Shown: positions 51,689 through 62,371, counted from the stretch's first letter. The stretch: DNA of 64,000 nt from Planctomycetota bacterium (GCA_050248855.1 JBFWRP010000017.1:1-64000); one strand, 5' to 3'. The notes: generated by a model not told the origin, from the letters alone. Made by a program: numbers and translations.

Positions 51689-52369
51689 ATGGACATGGGT
51701 ACGCCCCTGGCCGAGATCGTCCTGATGCTGGCGGCCTACTTGGTCGGCGGCATCCCGTTCGGTTGGCTGGTCGCGCGCTTGGCCAAGGGCGTGGACCTGC
51801 GCACGGTGGGCAGCGGCGGGACCGGCGCCACGAACTGCTCGCGCCTCTGGCAGGGCAAGGCCTCGGTCGGGATCTTCCTGTTCGTGTTCGCGCTCGACTT
51901 TGCCAAGGGCCTGTTCGGTGGCCTGTTCTCGGTCGCCGCCGCGGACACGATCGGCTCGAGCCTGGGCAGCGCGTCCTCGGGTCTCACGCTGCAGGTCCTC
52001 TGCGGCCTCTCGGCCGTCTTGGGCCACATCTTCACGCCCTACCTGCGCTTCAAGGGCGGCAAGGGCGTGGCCACCACCTTCGGCGTCGTCACGGCGCTCG
52101 CCCCGCTGTCCTCGCTGTGGGGTCTCGGGGCCTGGGGCATCCTGGTCGCCATCACGCGCTACATGAGCCTCGGCTCGATTGCCGCCGTCGTGGTGATCCC
52201 GCTCACCTACATCCTCGACAACGGCTCGCAGGTGTTCCGCTCGCGCCTGGGCGTCCTGCTCTTCCTGCTCGCCCTCGCCTGCGTCGTCGTGTGGCGCCAC
52301 CGTGACAACATCCGCCGCATCCTGACCGGCCGCGAGCGCAAGGTCGGCGCCACCGATCAACAGCTGTAG
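51689..52369 (+). CDS. plsY: Glycerol-3-phosphate acyltransferase PlsY
   Basis: YLVGGIPFG, GSGGTGATN, GHIF, FKGGKGVAT, HRDNIRRI. Confidence 0.95.
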   Translation: MDMGTPLAEIVLMLAAYLVGGIPFGWLVARLAKGVDLRTVGSGGTGATNCSRLWQGKASVGIFLFVFALDFAKGLFGGLFSVAAADTIGSSLGSASSGLTLQVLCGLSAVLGHIFTPYLRFKGGKGVATTFGVVTALAPLSSLWGLGAWGILVAITRYMSLGSIAAVVVIPLTYILDNGSQVFRSRLGVLLFLLALACVVVWRHRDNIRRILTGRERKVGATDQQL

Positions 52370-52376
52370 AGCGCGC

Positions 52377-53402
52377 GTGCCGAGGTCGATTTCCGAGGCC
52401 ACCCCGCTGTCCAAGGTGGCCGTCGTGGGCAACGGGGGCTGGGGAACCGCGCTCGCCCTCACCCTGGTGCGCAGCGGCGTCGACGTAGGCATGTGGGGCC
52501 ACGACGCCGACTACGCCGCGTTCATGCGCGCGGAGCGCGCAAACCCGCGCTACTTGCCCGGCTTCGAGATCCCGCGCTCGATCACGATCTCCCACGATCT
52601 GGCGGACCTGCTCGACGGCGCCGAGCTGCTCGTTTCGGCCGTGCCCACGAGCTTCCTCCGCGAGGTCTGGGGCGCGCACGCAAGGCTGCTGCCGGCCTCG
52701 CTGCCCATCCTCACCGTCTCCAAGGGTCTGGAGGACGGCACGTTGCTGCGCCCCTCGCAGCTCCTCGGCGAGGTGACCGGTGAGCGCCGCCCCATCGCCG
52801 TGCTCTCCGGCCCCAACATCGCACGCGAGGTGGCCAAGGCCCTGCCCTCGGCGACCGTCGTGGCCAGCAGGGACCGCGAGCTGGCGTTACGCATCCAGGC
52901 CACGTTCCGCGATCCGTCGTTCCGCGTCTACGTGAACGAGGACATGCCCGGTGTGGAGCTCGGTGGCGTGCTGAAGAACGTGATCGCGCTCGCGGCCGGC
53001 ATGGCCGACGGGCTCGAGCTGGGCGACAACGCCAAGGCGGCGCTCGTCACGCGCGGCGTCCTGGAGATGGCCCGCCTGGGCGAGACCTTCGGCGGCCAGC
53101 GCAACACGTTCTTCGGCCTGAGCGGGCTGGGCGACCTGTTCACCACGTGTACGTCGCCGAACAGCCGCAACCGAACCTTCGGCATCCGCATCGGCCGGGG
53201 CGAGCGCGTCGAGGACATCGCCGGCAGCATGCACCAGGTGGCCGAGGGCGTGAAGAGCGCGAAGCCCGTCCACGAGCTCAGCCTCCGCCACCACCTCACG
53301 CTCCCCATCTCCACCGAGGTCTACCGCGTGGTCCACGAGGGCCGCTCCCCCGTCGACAGCGTCCGCGCCCTCATGGAGCGCGCCCAGCGCGACGAGGGAT
53401 AG
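52377..53402 (+). CDS. gpsA: NAD(P)H-dependent glycerol-3-phosphate dehydrogenase
   Basis: GNGGWGTAL, SKGLE, LSGPNIA, LKNVIA, GLGDL..TC.S..SRN, AEG. Confidence 0.96.
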   Translation: MPRSISEATPLSKVAVVGNGGWGTALALTLVRSGVDVGMWGHDADYAAFMRAERANPRYLPGFEIPRSITISHDLADLLDGAELLVSAVPTSFLREVWGAHARLLPASLPILTVSKGLEDGTLLRPSQLLGEVTGERRPIAVLSGPNIAREVAKALPSATVVASRDRELALRIQATFRDPSFRVYVNEDMPGVELGGVLKNVIALAAGMADGLELGDNAKAALVTRGVLEMARLGETFGGQRNTFFGLSGLGDLFTTCTSPNSRNRTFGIRIGRGERVEDIAGSMHQVAEGVKSAKPVHELSLRHHLTLPISTEVYRVVHEGRSPVDSVRALMERAQRDEG

Positions 53403-53411
53403 CGCGCCGCG

Positions 53412-55367
53412 CTACTCCACGCGCACGACGGACGATGCGGGCAGCTCGAACGGGATGCGCCTCTCCCCCACGCGCAGCTCGTAGGGACCGGAGGGCAACC
53501 CCTCGAGTCGAGCGCGACCGTCGGCGTCGGCCGCGAAACCCATCCGGAAGGTGGGCTGCTCGCCCAGACGCGTCACCGACGCGCCGGATCGCGGAAGGCC
53601 CTCGAAGCCCACGTCGTGGAGCGACGGCATGTCGAACGTGAGCGATGTCGAGGGCGATTGCAGCGTGGCCCTCCAGCTCGCCAAGTGGATGCGGCGCCCG
53701 TGCGTCGACGTGCGGAGAAGATCGATGCGACACGGCCCGGGCTGCATGCGGGCGAACAGCGCATGCCCCGCCTCGTCCAGCCGCTTCGACGGCGGGCCCG
53801 CGTAGAGCACATCCGGTGGCTCGGCGTCGAGAACCAGGAGCAGGTCGCGGCGCAGCTCGGGGGATGGGATCCCGCGGATGACGACGTCGACGTCCAGGGC
53901 CCGCTCGAAGCGCACGCGCAGCTCGGGCGCCGTGCCGGCGGGGTAGCGCATCGTGCGGCGACCGAGTGCGCGGCTGCTGACGGTGAGCGCGACGGTAGCG
54001 CCCTCCCTGGCGTCCGCACCGATCGGGTGCGGTACCAACAGGGCGCCGTCCGGTCGCAGGACCGGCTGCGACTCACTCGCGTTGATCCGCTTGCCATCGT
54101 GCTCCACATGGGACGCGATCCCGATGCCGTCCTGGAGCGGACCGTCGGGGCCCTCGAGCCATAGGACGGCGTAGCGGTCACGCGCGAGGGGCGGCAGCTC
54201 GACCTCGACGCGGTTCTCCCCCTCCTGGACGTCGATCGCTCGCCACGCGAGGAGGGTCGCAAACGCGCTGTTCCGTCCGTCGAAGATGCCCAGTACGTGC
54301 GGTCCCGGCTCGAGCTGGGTGCGCCGGAAGGTCCACGATGCCTCCCGGCCGTCGAGCGGCTGCGACCATCCGGAGTCCGACCTCCGGAGCTCCTGCTCGC
54401 TTGGTGCAACACCGTCAGGGACGCGCACCAGCTTGTAGCCAGGCGCCGAGTAGCGCTCCGGCCCGGTCACCGAAACGACGCCGTGGAGCACGGTCTGCGG
54501 GTGCAGCTCGAGCCGCACGCGGACCTCCTCGCCCGGCGTCGCCAAGGAGACGGGAATGGGGTCGGAGATGAGCTGCTCGTCGTCCGTCACGGTTGCCGTG
54601 AGCTCGTGCTCACCAAGGGGAAGCTCGATCGGCCCGCGCCCAGGTCGCCAGGACTGATGTCCCGACAGCTCTCCCCGGTGGCGCACGCCTGCCACGGCCG
54701 GCGCGGAGCCGTCGGCACGTACGATGCTCACGTCCACGTAGCCGACGGGGCTGGCTTCCATCACGCGTCCGTCGAGCGCGCCCGCAAACGGACCATGCGT
54801 GTCCAAGCCATCCCGGATCCGCCACCCGTGCTTTCGACCGCTCAGCTCGTAGGGGCGCCGGCGATCCCCGCGAAGCGTGGCGACTCCATCCGCGTCCGTC
54901 GTACCGCGGATGGACGCCTCGACGGCCCAGCGCAGCCGCCGGGAGGCAAGCTCGAGCAGCTCCGGCAAGTCGTGCTGTTCGGGCAAGTCCCACGGCGTGT
55001 AGTCAGGTGGCAGGAGCGCCGGCGGCGCGATGGGGATCGCCCGGACCTCGACGCCCTCCAGCGGCTGACCCTCCTCGGTCACCACCCGAACGCGCAGCTC
55101 GTCCGTCCCGGTCGGAACGTCGAGCTTGGGCAGCTTGGCCAAAGCCTCACGAAGCGCCGATCGACCCACGTCCAGCAGCTCGGTGTCCGGCGAGGTCCCC
55201 TCGCTCCGACCCGAGAGCGCCGGGGCGCGCGCGTGGTCAGTCGCCTCGCGGTCCGGCCCACGCACAGCCAGATCGCTCGACGGGGCCGTCGCCTTGCCCT
55301 GGCCCAGCAGGTACCCGCCCGCGAACGCGGTTGCGACCACGGCCAAGAGGATGAAGACGCGCGCCAT
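53412..55367 (-). CDS. Membrane-anchored protein with carboxypeptidase-regulatory-like beta-sandwich repeats (paralogue 3)
   Basis: AFAGGYLLG anchor; VVTEEGQPLEGVEV, TTDADG; ends PFELPASSVVRVE. Confidence 0.75.
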   Translation of the reverse strand: MARVFILLAVVATAFAGGYLLGQGKATAPSSDLAVRGPDREATDHARAPALSGRSEGTSPDTELLDVGRSALREALAKLPKLDVPTGTDELRVRVVTEEGQPLEGVEVRAIPIAPPALLPPDYTPWDLPEQHDLPELLELASRRLRWAVEASIRGTTDADGVATLRGDRRRPYELSGRKHGWRIRDGLDTHGPFAGALDGRVMEASPVGYVDVSIVRADGSAPAVAGVRHRGELSGHQSWRPGRGPIELPLGEHELTATVTDDEQLISDPIPVSLATPGEEVRVRLELHPQTVLHGVVSVTGPERYSAPGYKLVRVPDGVAPSEQELRRSDSGWSQPLDGREASWTFRRTQLEPGPHVLGIFDGRNSAFATLLAWRAIDVQEGENRVEVELPPLARDRYAVLWLEGPDGPLQDGIGIASHVEHDGKRINASESQPVLRPDGALLVPHPIGADAREGATVALTVSSRALGRRTMRYPAGTAPELRVRFERALDVDVVIRGIPSPELRRDLLLVLDAEPPDVLYAGPPSKRLDEAGHALFARMQPGPCRIDLLRTSTHGRRIHLASWRATLQSPSTSLTFDMPSLHDVGFEGLPRSGASVTRLGEQPTFRMGFAADADGRARLEGLPSGPYELRVGERRIPFELPASSVVRVE

Positions 55368-55386
55368 CGTGGCCTTCCGCCTGGGA

Positions 55387-57339
55387 CTACTCGATCCGGA
55401 CTTTGCTCGTCCCGGGCACACGGAACTTGGTGACCTTGGCTCCCATCTGGAGCTGGTACTCACCCGCTATGAGGCCATCCACGATGGCTCGGCCATCGGC
55501 GCCTGGCTGGACGACCACGATGGAGCGAGGCATGCGATCCGCTTCCGCACGGTGGAGGTGGGCTTGGGCGGTCACGCCTTCGATCTCCACGACGTAGAGG
55601 GTAGGCAGCTGGACGCTGACGCGCTGCGTACCCGGACGCACCGTGACCTTCTCTTCGGCGATCGGCATGGCTCCCCAAGGCCCTCGTCCCAGCGTCAGGT
55701 TCAATCGGAACGACCCGGGCTGGACCCCCTGGACGACGGCACGCCCCTCCGCGTCGACGGGAATCGGGGCGGCAGGCATCAAGTGCGCTTGCTTGGCATC
55801 CGTATCCGGAAGCAGCTGCACGCCCAGCCGCCCCGCGTAGCGATCACCCTCCAAGCCCTCCAGGACGACGTCCAACGTCGCCGGCTCCTCGAATCGGATG
55901 TCGAACGTCGGGGCCTCACCGGCGCGGTACGACACGAGCTGGCGGCCGAGCTTCCCGTGCTCCACGGCGATGCCGCACGTGCCCTTGTCGCCGGACGTGC
56001 CGTCCGACGGGTGGAACACCCAGTACTCGCCGTCGGGCCGTGCAACCACGTAGGCTCCCCCTCCGCTCATCGACCCCGAGTCGCTCTCGAACGACGTCGT
56101 GAACGAGACGCCAGCCAACGGACTGCCGTCGGGGCCGCGCACGCGCACCAGGGCGTACTCCTTGCGCTCGGTAGGAGGTAGCTGCAGCGTGACCTCGTTC
56201 TGCCCGGGCCTGACTTCGACGGTCTGGTGGATGAGCAGAGGGCCACTCCAGCCCCGGTACGCTCCGACCAGCCACGTCCCGGGCTCGAGGTCGTAGCTCC
56301 TGTTGACCAGCTCGCTGCCCTCGTGAGAGTGGAGGTGCGCCCTGTCGTTCACGGAACCGAGCAGGGCTGGATCCGGCCTCACCCCCGAAGGCACGCGGAC
56401 TTGACGAAGACTCACCTGGGCCAGCGCTTCGCCCTCCGCGGGAACAACCGTCGTCTTCAGCACCGTACGCTCGACGAGGAGCAATCGGATCTCCGGCGAG
56501 GGGCGTCCCTGCTCCACGGTGACCTGCTCGGTCTGCGAGCGATACAGCTCGCCGTCGCCCGCCGTGGCCGACACGTCCCATGTGCCCACATCCGCGTCCA
56601 CGTCGGGACGGTCCGGGCTCCAGGATCGACCGGTCGAGCCGTTGCCACGATGGAACCGGATCTGTGCCCGCTCCGGTGCGGTCCCATCCGGCAGCACGAC
56701 GCTGATGCGGACGCGTGTACGAGGCTTGGCCGTGAACTCGATGGTTGCCCCAGGTTCGACCTCGTGGATGTTTCGCGTCGTGGATCGAAGATACCAACCG
56801 TCCGCCTGCGCCGTCACGGCGTGCTTCCCCGTGGTCAGACCCTCGAGGCTGCACGCGCCTGCTGCATCGGTCACGGCCTCGACAAGCGCCTGCTTCCGCC
56901 ATCGCAGGCGATTGGCCCCATCCAAGAGCATCTGCGCCGCAGACACGTCGTCCTGCCAGCCCTCCCGGCGCGGTTGGGCGAGGTCCTTGGGCATTTCGGG
57001 CACGCAGGTCACGCGCACACCCGGCACGGCGGTCCCGTCCTCCGTCTTCACGATCACGTCGATGCGTCCGTCACCGCGCGGAACGTCCAGCGGAGGCAGC
57101 TCGGCCAGCGCGCGCTCGAACACGGCAGCCTCGGCATCGCCAGCAGCCGTCGTGGCCAGCGTCGGCCCCGGGCGTCCGCGCAGTACGGCCTCCGGCTCCT
57201 CTACGCTGCCCACCGCAGGACGTGACGGCGTCGTCAGGTCCGGCGCAGCGTGCTGGGCCCCCGAGGACCCGACGACATGCCCCGCACCGAACGCCGCGCC
57301 GAGCAGCACGATCAAGATCACCCATCGTCCCGCGCTCAT
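55387..57339 (-). CDS. Membrane-anchored protein with carboxypeptidase-regulatory-like repeats (paralogue 2)
   Basis: AFGAGHVVG; VKTEDGTAVPGVRV, VTDAAG; ends FRVPGTSKVRIE. Confidence 0.75.
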   Translation of the reverse strand: MSAGRWVILIVLLGAAFGAGHVVGSSGAQHAAPDLTTPSRPAVGSVEEPEAVLRGRPGPTLATTAAGDAEAAVFERALAELPPLDVPRGDGRIDVIVKTEDGTAVPGVRVTCVPEMPKDLAQPRREGWQDDVSAAQMLLDGANRLRWRKQALVEAVTDAAGACSLEGLTTGKHAVTAQADGWYLRSTTRNIHEVEPGATIEFTAKPRTRVRISVVLPDGTAPERAQIRFHRGNGSTGRSWSPDRPDVDADVGTWDVSATAGDGELYRSQTEQVTVEQGRPSPEIRLLLVERTVLKTTVVPAEGEALAQVSLRQVRVPSGVRPDPALLGSVNDRAHLHSHEGSELVNRSYDLEPGTWLVGAYRGWSGPLLIHQTVEVRPGQNEVTLQLPPTERKEYALVRVRGPDGSPLAGVSFTTSFESDSGSMSGGGAYVVARPDGEYWVFHPSDGTSGDKGTCGIAVEHGKLGRQLVSYRAGEAPTFDIRFEEPATLDVVLEGLEGDRYAGRLGVQLLPDTDAKQAHLMPAAPIPVDAEGRAVVQGVQPGSFRLNLTLGRGPWGAMPIAEEKVTVRPGTQRVSVQLPTLYVVEIEGVTAQAHLHRAEADRMPRSIVVVQPGADGRAIVDGLIAGEYQLQMGAKVTKFRVPGTSKVRIE

Positions 57340-57364
57340 CCCAGTCCTCCTCCGATGATCGAGC

Positions 57365-59317
57365 TCATTCCACGCGCACGAGGCTCGGGCCCGGCAGCGT
57401 GAAGGGCACGGTCTTGAGCCCGGTCCTGAGCTCGTAACGCCCAGCGGGCAGACCGGTGAGCTCGGCCCTGCGTCCCGTGATGGGCCCCACCGCGATCGAG
57501 TCGTACTCGTTGCCCTCGCCAGCGAACCGCTTCAGCGAAGCCCGCACGCCCAGTCCTACGAAGACCACGTCGTGCAGGGAGGGGAGGTCGAGCTGGATCG
57601 CCTGCCCGCCACTGCGTACGTCCACCTCGCCCGCCTCGATCGCAAGGGTATCGTCCTCGCCGTACGAGATGAGCAGGCGCGCCGTATAGGTGCCCGGTTG
57701 GAGGTGGGTGATGCGCGCGGAGCCGTCACCCGCCACCGTGCGCCCCAAGCGCGCCTCGCGGCGGCGCGCATCGGGGCGTCCGAGCCACACACGTACGCGT
57801 TCGCCCAGGCCGTACCTCGCAACGCCCGGCACGCTCACGTCCACGATCCCAGGTTCGTCGAACCGGACCTCCTGATCGACCACCTCCCCCGGCGCGTAGG
57901 TCACGACACGCGATCCCAGGTCACGATGCTCCACCGTGATCGAGAAGCGCCCGCCCTCCTGCGATCCGTCGACGTACTGATGGAACACCCAGTACTCCCC
58001 GTCCGGGCGCTCGATGTACGGCACGCCGCTGGACGTTCCGCTCCACCCCTTCTTCTGGAAGCGGGTCTCGAACTCCAGCGGAGAGAGTGGCTGCCCGTCG
58101 GGGCCTTGGACGCGCAGCACGGCGTAGGTCGATCGCTCGGGCAAGGGGAGCTGGATCTCGATGTCGGTGAGCCCGGGCCCGATGTCCACGCCCTGCACGT
58201 GGGCGGGAGTCTTGGAGCTGCCCCTGTACACGCCAAGAACGTAGTGACCCGCTTGCAGGCCGCTCTCGGCGTACTTGAACGTGGCCCCCAGGCGCCCCGT
58301 GAGGATGCGTGGGCTACCAACCTGCTCGAGCACGCGCGCGTCGAGAGGACTGCCCGCCGAAATGCGGACCCACCTCGCGGTCAGCATGCCCACCCTCTCG
58401 GTGGGGTCCAAGCTCACCAGGAGTCGCAGCGTAGGGCGCTCGACGAGATCGACGCGCAGGGTCGTGCCCGTCGCACCACGCTCGATCGTGACGCTCTGGG
58501 ACACGGAGCTCAGCTCGCTGGCCTCCCCCGCTCTCACCTCCAGTTCGTACGTATCGGGGTCGACTTCGACCAGAGGCGAGGCGGCCGTCCACCGCTTCAG
58601 CCGCACGCGCCGAGACTTCCTGAAGAGAACCGTCGCATGCTCAGGCACCGTGCCATCCGGCAGGCGCACGTCGAGCAGGATCCCGCTGCGGGGCTTGGCG
58701 GTGAGCTCGACCGGCGCACCGGGACGGAAGGCGGAGGAGCCGCCGGGAGGCGGCTCGATGCTCCAGCCAAGCAGCTCGCCCGTGACGGTGTGCTCCACGT
58801 CGTGCATGCGCTCGAACCTGCAGCGCCCTTCCCCATTGGTTGTCGCAACGCAAAGCCCCTCGGTCCGCCACCTCACGGCGTTCAACAAGTACATGACCTG
58901 GACAGCGACCGGAGCCTGACTCTGCTGCTCCACCGAGGTGCCCTCGGGCCACTGCAACGACTTGGGAACGGCGGGCAAGACGCGGATCTCGACGCCCGGC
59001 AACGGCCCGCCCTCATCAGTTCGTACGACCACGTCCAGCGTCTGGTCCCCGGGGGGAACGTCGAGCCGGGGCAGGGCGGCCAAAGCCTCGGAGAGCGCGG
59101 CGGGCACGAGCGCACTCTCGGCGGTCGCGGGCGCCAACGAAGGCCTCGATGCCCGCAGCTCCCCACCTGGGGGTGCCTGCGGCTCGACGTGGTCCGCCTC
59201 GGCGCCCACCGCTAGTTGGGCAGGCGTGGTGGGCGCACCGCCACTCCCCACCACGTATCCGCCGGCGAACGCGGCTCCCGCGACGGCAAGAAGGCCCACC
59301 AAGCACTTGGCGTCCAT
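57365..59317 (-). CDS. Membrane-anchored protein with carboxypeptidase-regulatory-like repeats (paralogue 1)
   Basis: AFAGGYVVG; VRTDEGGPLPGVEI, TTNGEG; ends PFTLPGPSLVRVE. Confidence 0.75.
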   Translation of the reverse strand: MDAKCLVGLLAVAGAAFAGGYVVGSGGAPTTPAQLAVGAEADHVEPQAPPGGELRASRPSLAPATAESALVPAALSEALAALPRLDVPPGDQTLDVVVRTDEGGPLPGVEIRVLPAVPKSLQWPEGTSVEQQSQAPVAVQVMYLLNAVRWRTEGLCVATTNGEGRCRFERMHDVEHTVTGELLGWSIEPPPGGSSAFRPGAPVELTAKPRSGILLDVRLPDGTVPEHATVLFRKSRRVRLKRWTAASPLVEVDPDTYELEVRAGEASELSSVSQSVTIERGATGTTLRVDLVERPTLRLLVSLDPTERVGMLTARWVRISAGSPLDARVLEQVGSPRILTGRLGATFKYAESGLQAGHYVLGVYRGSSKTPAHVQGVDIGPGLTDIEIQLPLPERSTYAVLRVQGPDGQPLSPLEFETRFQKKGWSGTSSGVPYIERPDGEYWVFHQYVDGSQEGGRFSITVEHRDLGSRVVTYAPGEVVDQEVRFDEPGIVDVSVPGVARYGLGERVRVWLGRPDARRREARLGRTVAGDGSARITHLQPGTYTARLLISYGEDDTLAIEAGEVDVRSGGQAIQLDLPSLHDVVFVGLGVRASLKRFAGEGNEYDSIAVGPITGRRAELTGLPAGRYELRTGLKTVPFTLPGPSLVRVE

Positions 59318-59380
59318 CGCTGATCTCCCCGGGTCGGGCGGAGACGAGCGTAGCGGACGGGGCGGGATGGCGCTGCGGCC

Positions 59381-59425
59381 GCAAAACGAAGTGAACCCGA
59401 GGCACGTCGGGCGTGCCTCGGGTTC
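59381..59425 (-). terminator. Terminator-like hairpin closing the large ncRNA
   Basis: Perfect 14-bp stem 59393-59406/59412-59425, followed on the minus strand by ACUUCGUUUUG. Confidence 0.7.
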
Positions 59426-60588
59426 GGAAGATCGTGACGGTGGAGTTGGCGATCGGTTCGCTCGGCCCTCCAGAGATGTCAGGGCGCCGGCCCGTGGACG
59501 CAGCGGCCTTCCGGCTACCGCGCCCGTCTCCCTTGGGGTTGACGTGCCCTTCGTGGTCTCCCGGTCGCGTGGCGTGGGTGCGTATGGGTTGGCACCCGCC
59601 CCGTTCGGCGTTTCTACGCCCCTCGGGACCTCACCGCGTGACCTGGCCTTCCGTCCCTCGCCACAGCGCGAAGCTGCAACGTCCTTCGGAAGGCGCCCAC
59701 CGTGGGCTTCTGATCTCCCCTTCGGAGATTCGGCCGACCGGACCCCGCCCCACCGCGCCTGTCCCGAAGGACCGCTGTCCGGCGAAGCTGCCTCTCTTGG
59801 GCTTCTCGTTCCCTACGACACATCTCGGCCCGGGGGACCCGCGTATGGCTGGAGATCCCTCTCCAGCCGCGTGCCGCGTGCAGGGTTTGGTCACCCTCTT
59901 CGCGACGTCCACCCCCGTGCCTTCCGACACCTCCGCGCCCTTGCGAGCGCAGCACACCCTTGCGGGTGCCGCGTGTCGGAGCGTCCGTGGGATTCCCCCT
60001 TCAAGGCGTTTCCCCCGTCGTGGTCGGTACTCCTCTCGGAGCCCCTGCCCTCCTGGCGTCAGGCGCGCCGTTCGGCCACCCGATCACGGTGGCCGCGCGC
60101 GACCCCTTGCGGGGCCGCGGCAGGCGTCCTCGCCTCCAGGGCTTCGTTCCCACGACGGATCCGTTCGGTCACCGCGCCAGTAGGCGCGGGCCGCCGATGC
60201 CTTCTTGGGGTTCTCCCCTCCAGAGCTTGCTCCCCTCCGTGCGGGCGCCGGCTTTCGGTCGCGGGCGCCTCCCCTCTCGTCCTTGCGCGGGTTGACGTTT
60301 CGTCCCGCGTGGGCCTCAGGGTCTCGAGCGACGGAGGAGTCGGACGATCCGTCTCCGGACCGCCTGCTCTCCTGGGGTTCATGGCCTCGTGACGATCGTG
60401 CACTCCGAATGTCGTGTGGGGCCGGTGGGCTCGTCTCGTCGTACGCCAGGTCCTGGGCAAGCCCAGGGCCATCCGTCGACATACGTCACCGGCCGTCACG
60501 CGACGCGACAGGGCGTCCCGGGTGCTCTGCCCGGTGCCGATGTCTGTCGGCCCGCGATCGATGGCCTCATCCAGTCGTCATGATCGAA

Positions 60589-60619
60589 GTTTGAAAGAGC
60601 GCGACCCGCGAGCGGGTCG
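60589..60619 (-). promoter_or_regulatory. boxB-like hairpin plus boxA-like element
   Basis: CGACCCGC-UC-GCGGGUCG, then GCUCUUUCAAAC (compare rrn boxA UGCUCUUUAACA). Confidence 0.55.
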
Positions 60620-60635
60620 GACGGGGTGGCTGGGA

Positions 60636-60652
60636 AGCAACGGGGGGTCCAA
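60636..60652 (-). promoter_or_regulatory. Sigma54 (-24/-12) promoter
   Basis: TTGG-ACCCCCCG-TTGCT, exact GG-N10-GC spacing. Confidence 0.6.
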
Positions 60653-60749
60653 TCCGGAAAGAAAAGGGGTTGGTGAGAACCGATGAAGCCGGCGTGAACG
60701 ACCGCGGCCCATCTTCTGGCCTCGCGGGGCCCCAAGCCCCGGTCACACG

Positions 60750-60778
60750 GGATTCGTCCACAATCCGCGGATTCGTCC
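60750..60778. promoter_or_regulatory. Direct repeat GGATTCGTCC x2 around palindrome AATCCGCGGATT (candidate enhancer)
   Basis: 60750-60759 and 60769-60778; ~100-125 bp upstream of the sigma54 motif. Confidence 0.35.
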
Positions 60779-60958
60779 GATGGGCAGTCAACGCCCCAAC
60801 TGCCCCGTGGAGAGCGGGGGGACAACGGCCGCAAGTCCTTGCCCTGCAGGCGGTTCACGCATGGGAACGGCGGGGAGTGCCGATGGGGTGCCGCGTTCCC
60901 ATGTCACCCGGGGCGGTTCTCCCCACCACGTCCCCAGGGGCCCGCGAGTCGCTCGGCG

Positions 60959-62371
<1,413 letters not shown>

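Larger units (their letters stand above)
59381..60625 (-). ncRNA. Candidate large (~1.2 kb) modular structured non-coding RNA
   Basis: Minus-strand GNRA/UUCG-capped hairpins, repeated module, nested 5'/3' pairing, promoter, boxA-like leader and terminator; no credible protein. Confidence 0.8.

Noticed and set aside
53412..59317. Diversity-generating retroelement targets
   Set aside because: No reverse transcriptase and no near-identical template/variable repeat pair seen.
58938..60392. 484-aa plus-strand ORF and other ORFs across the large ncRNA region
   Set aside because: Pro/Arg/Ser-rich, no recognisable motif, no GC3 bias, and overlaps a real gene. Better explained as open frames in GC-rich structured RNA.
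59381..60625. Interpretation as rRNA fragment, group I/II intron, RNase P RNA, tmRNA or HEARO/omegaRNA
   Set aside because: I found no universal rRNA motifs, no domain V, no GAGGAAAGUCC, no tRNA-like ends, no interrupted host gene and no adjacent RT or IscB. An Rfam search is still needed.
60828..60846. Second GG-N10-GC match (AGGGCAAGGACTTGC) on the minus strand
   Set aside because: Poor -24 context and ~200 bp from the RNA leader; the 60636-60652 site fits better.
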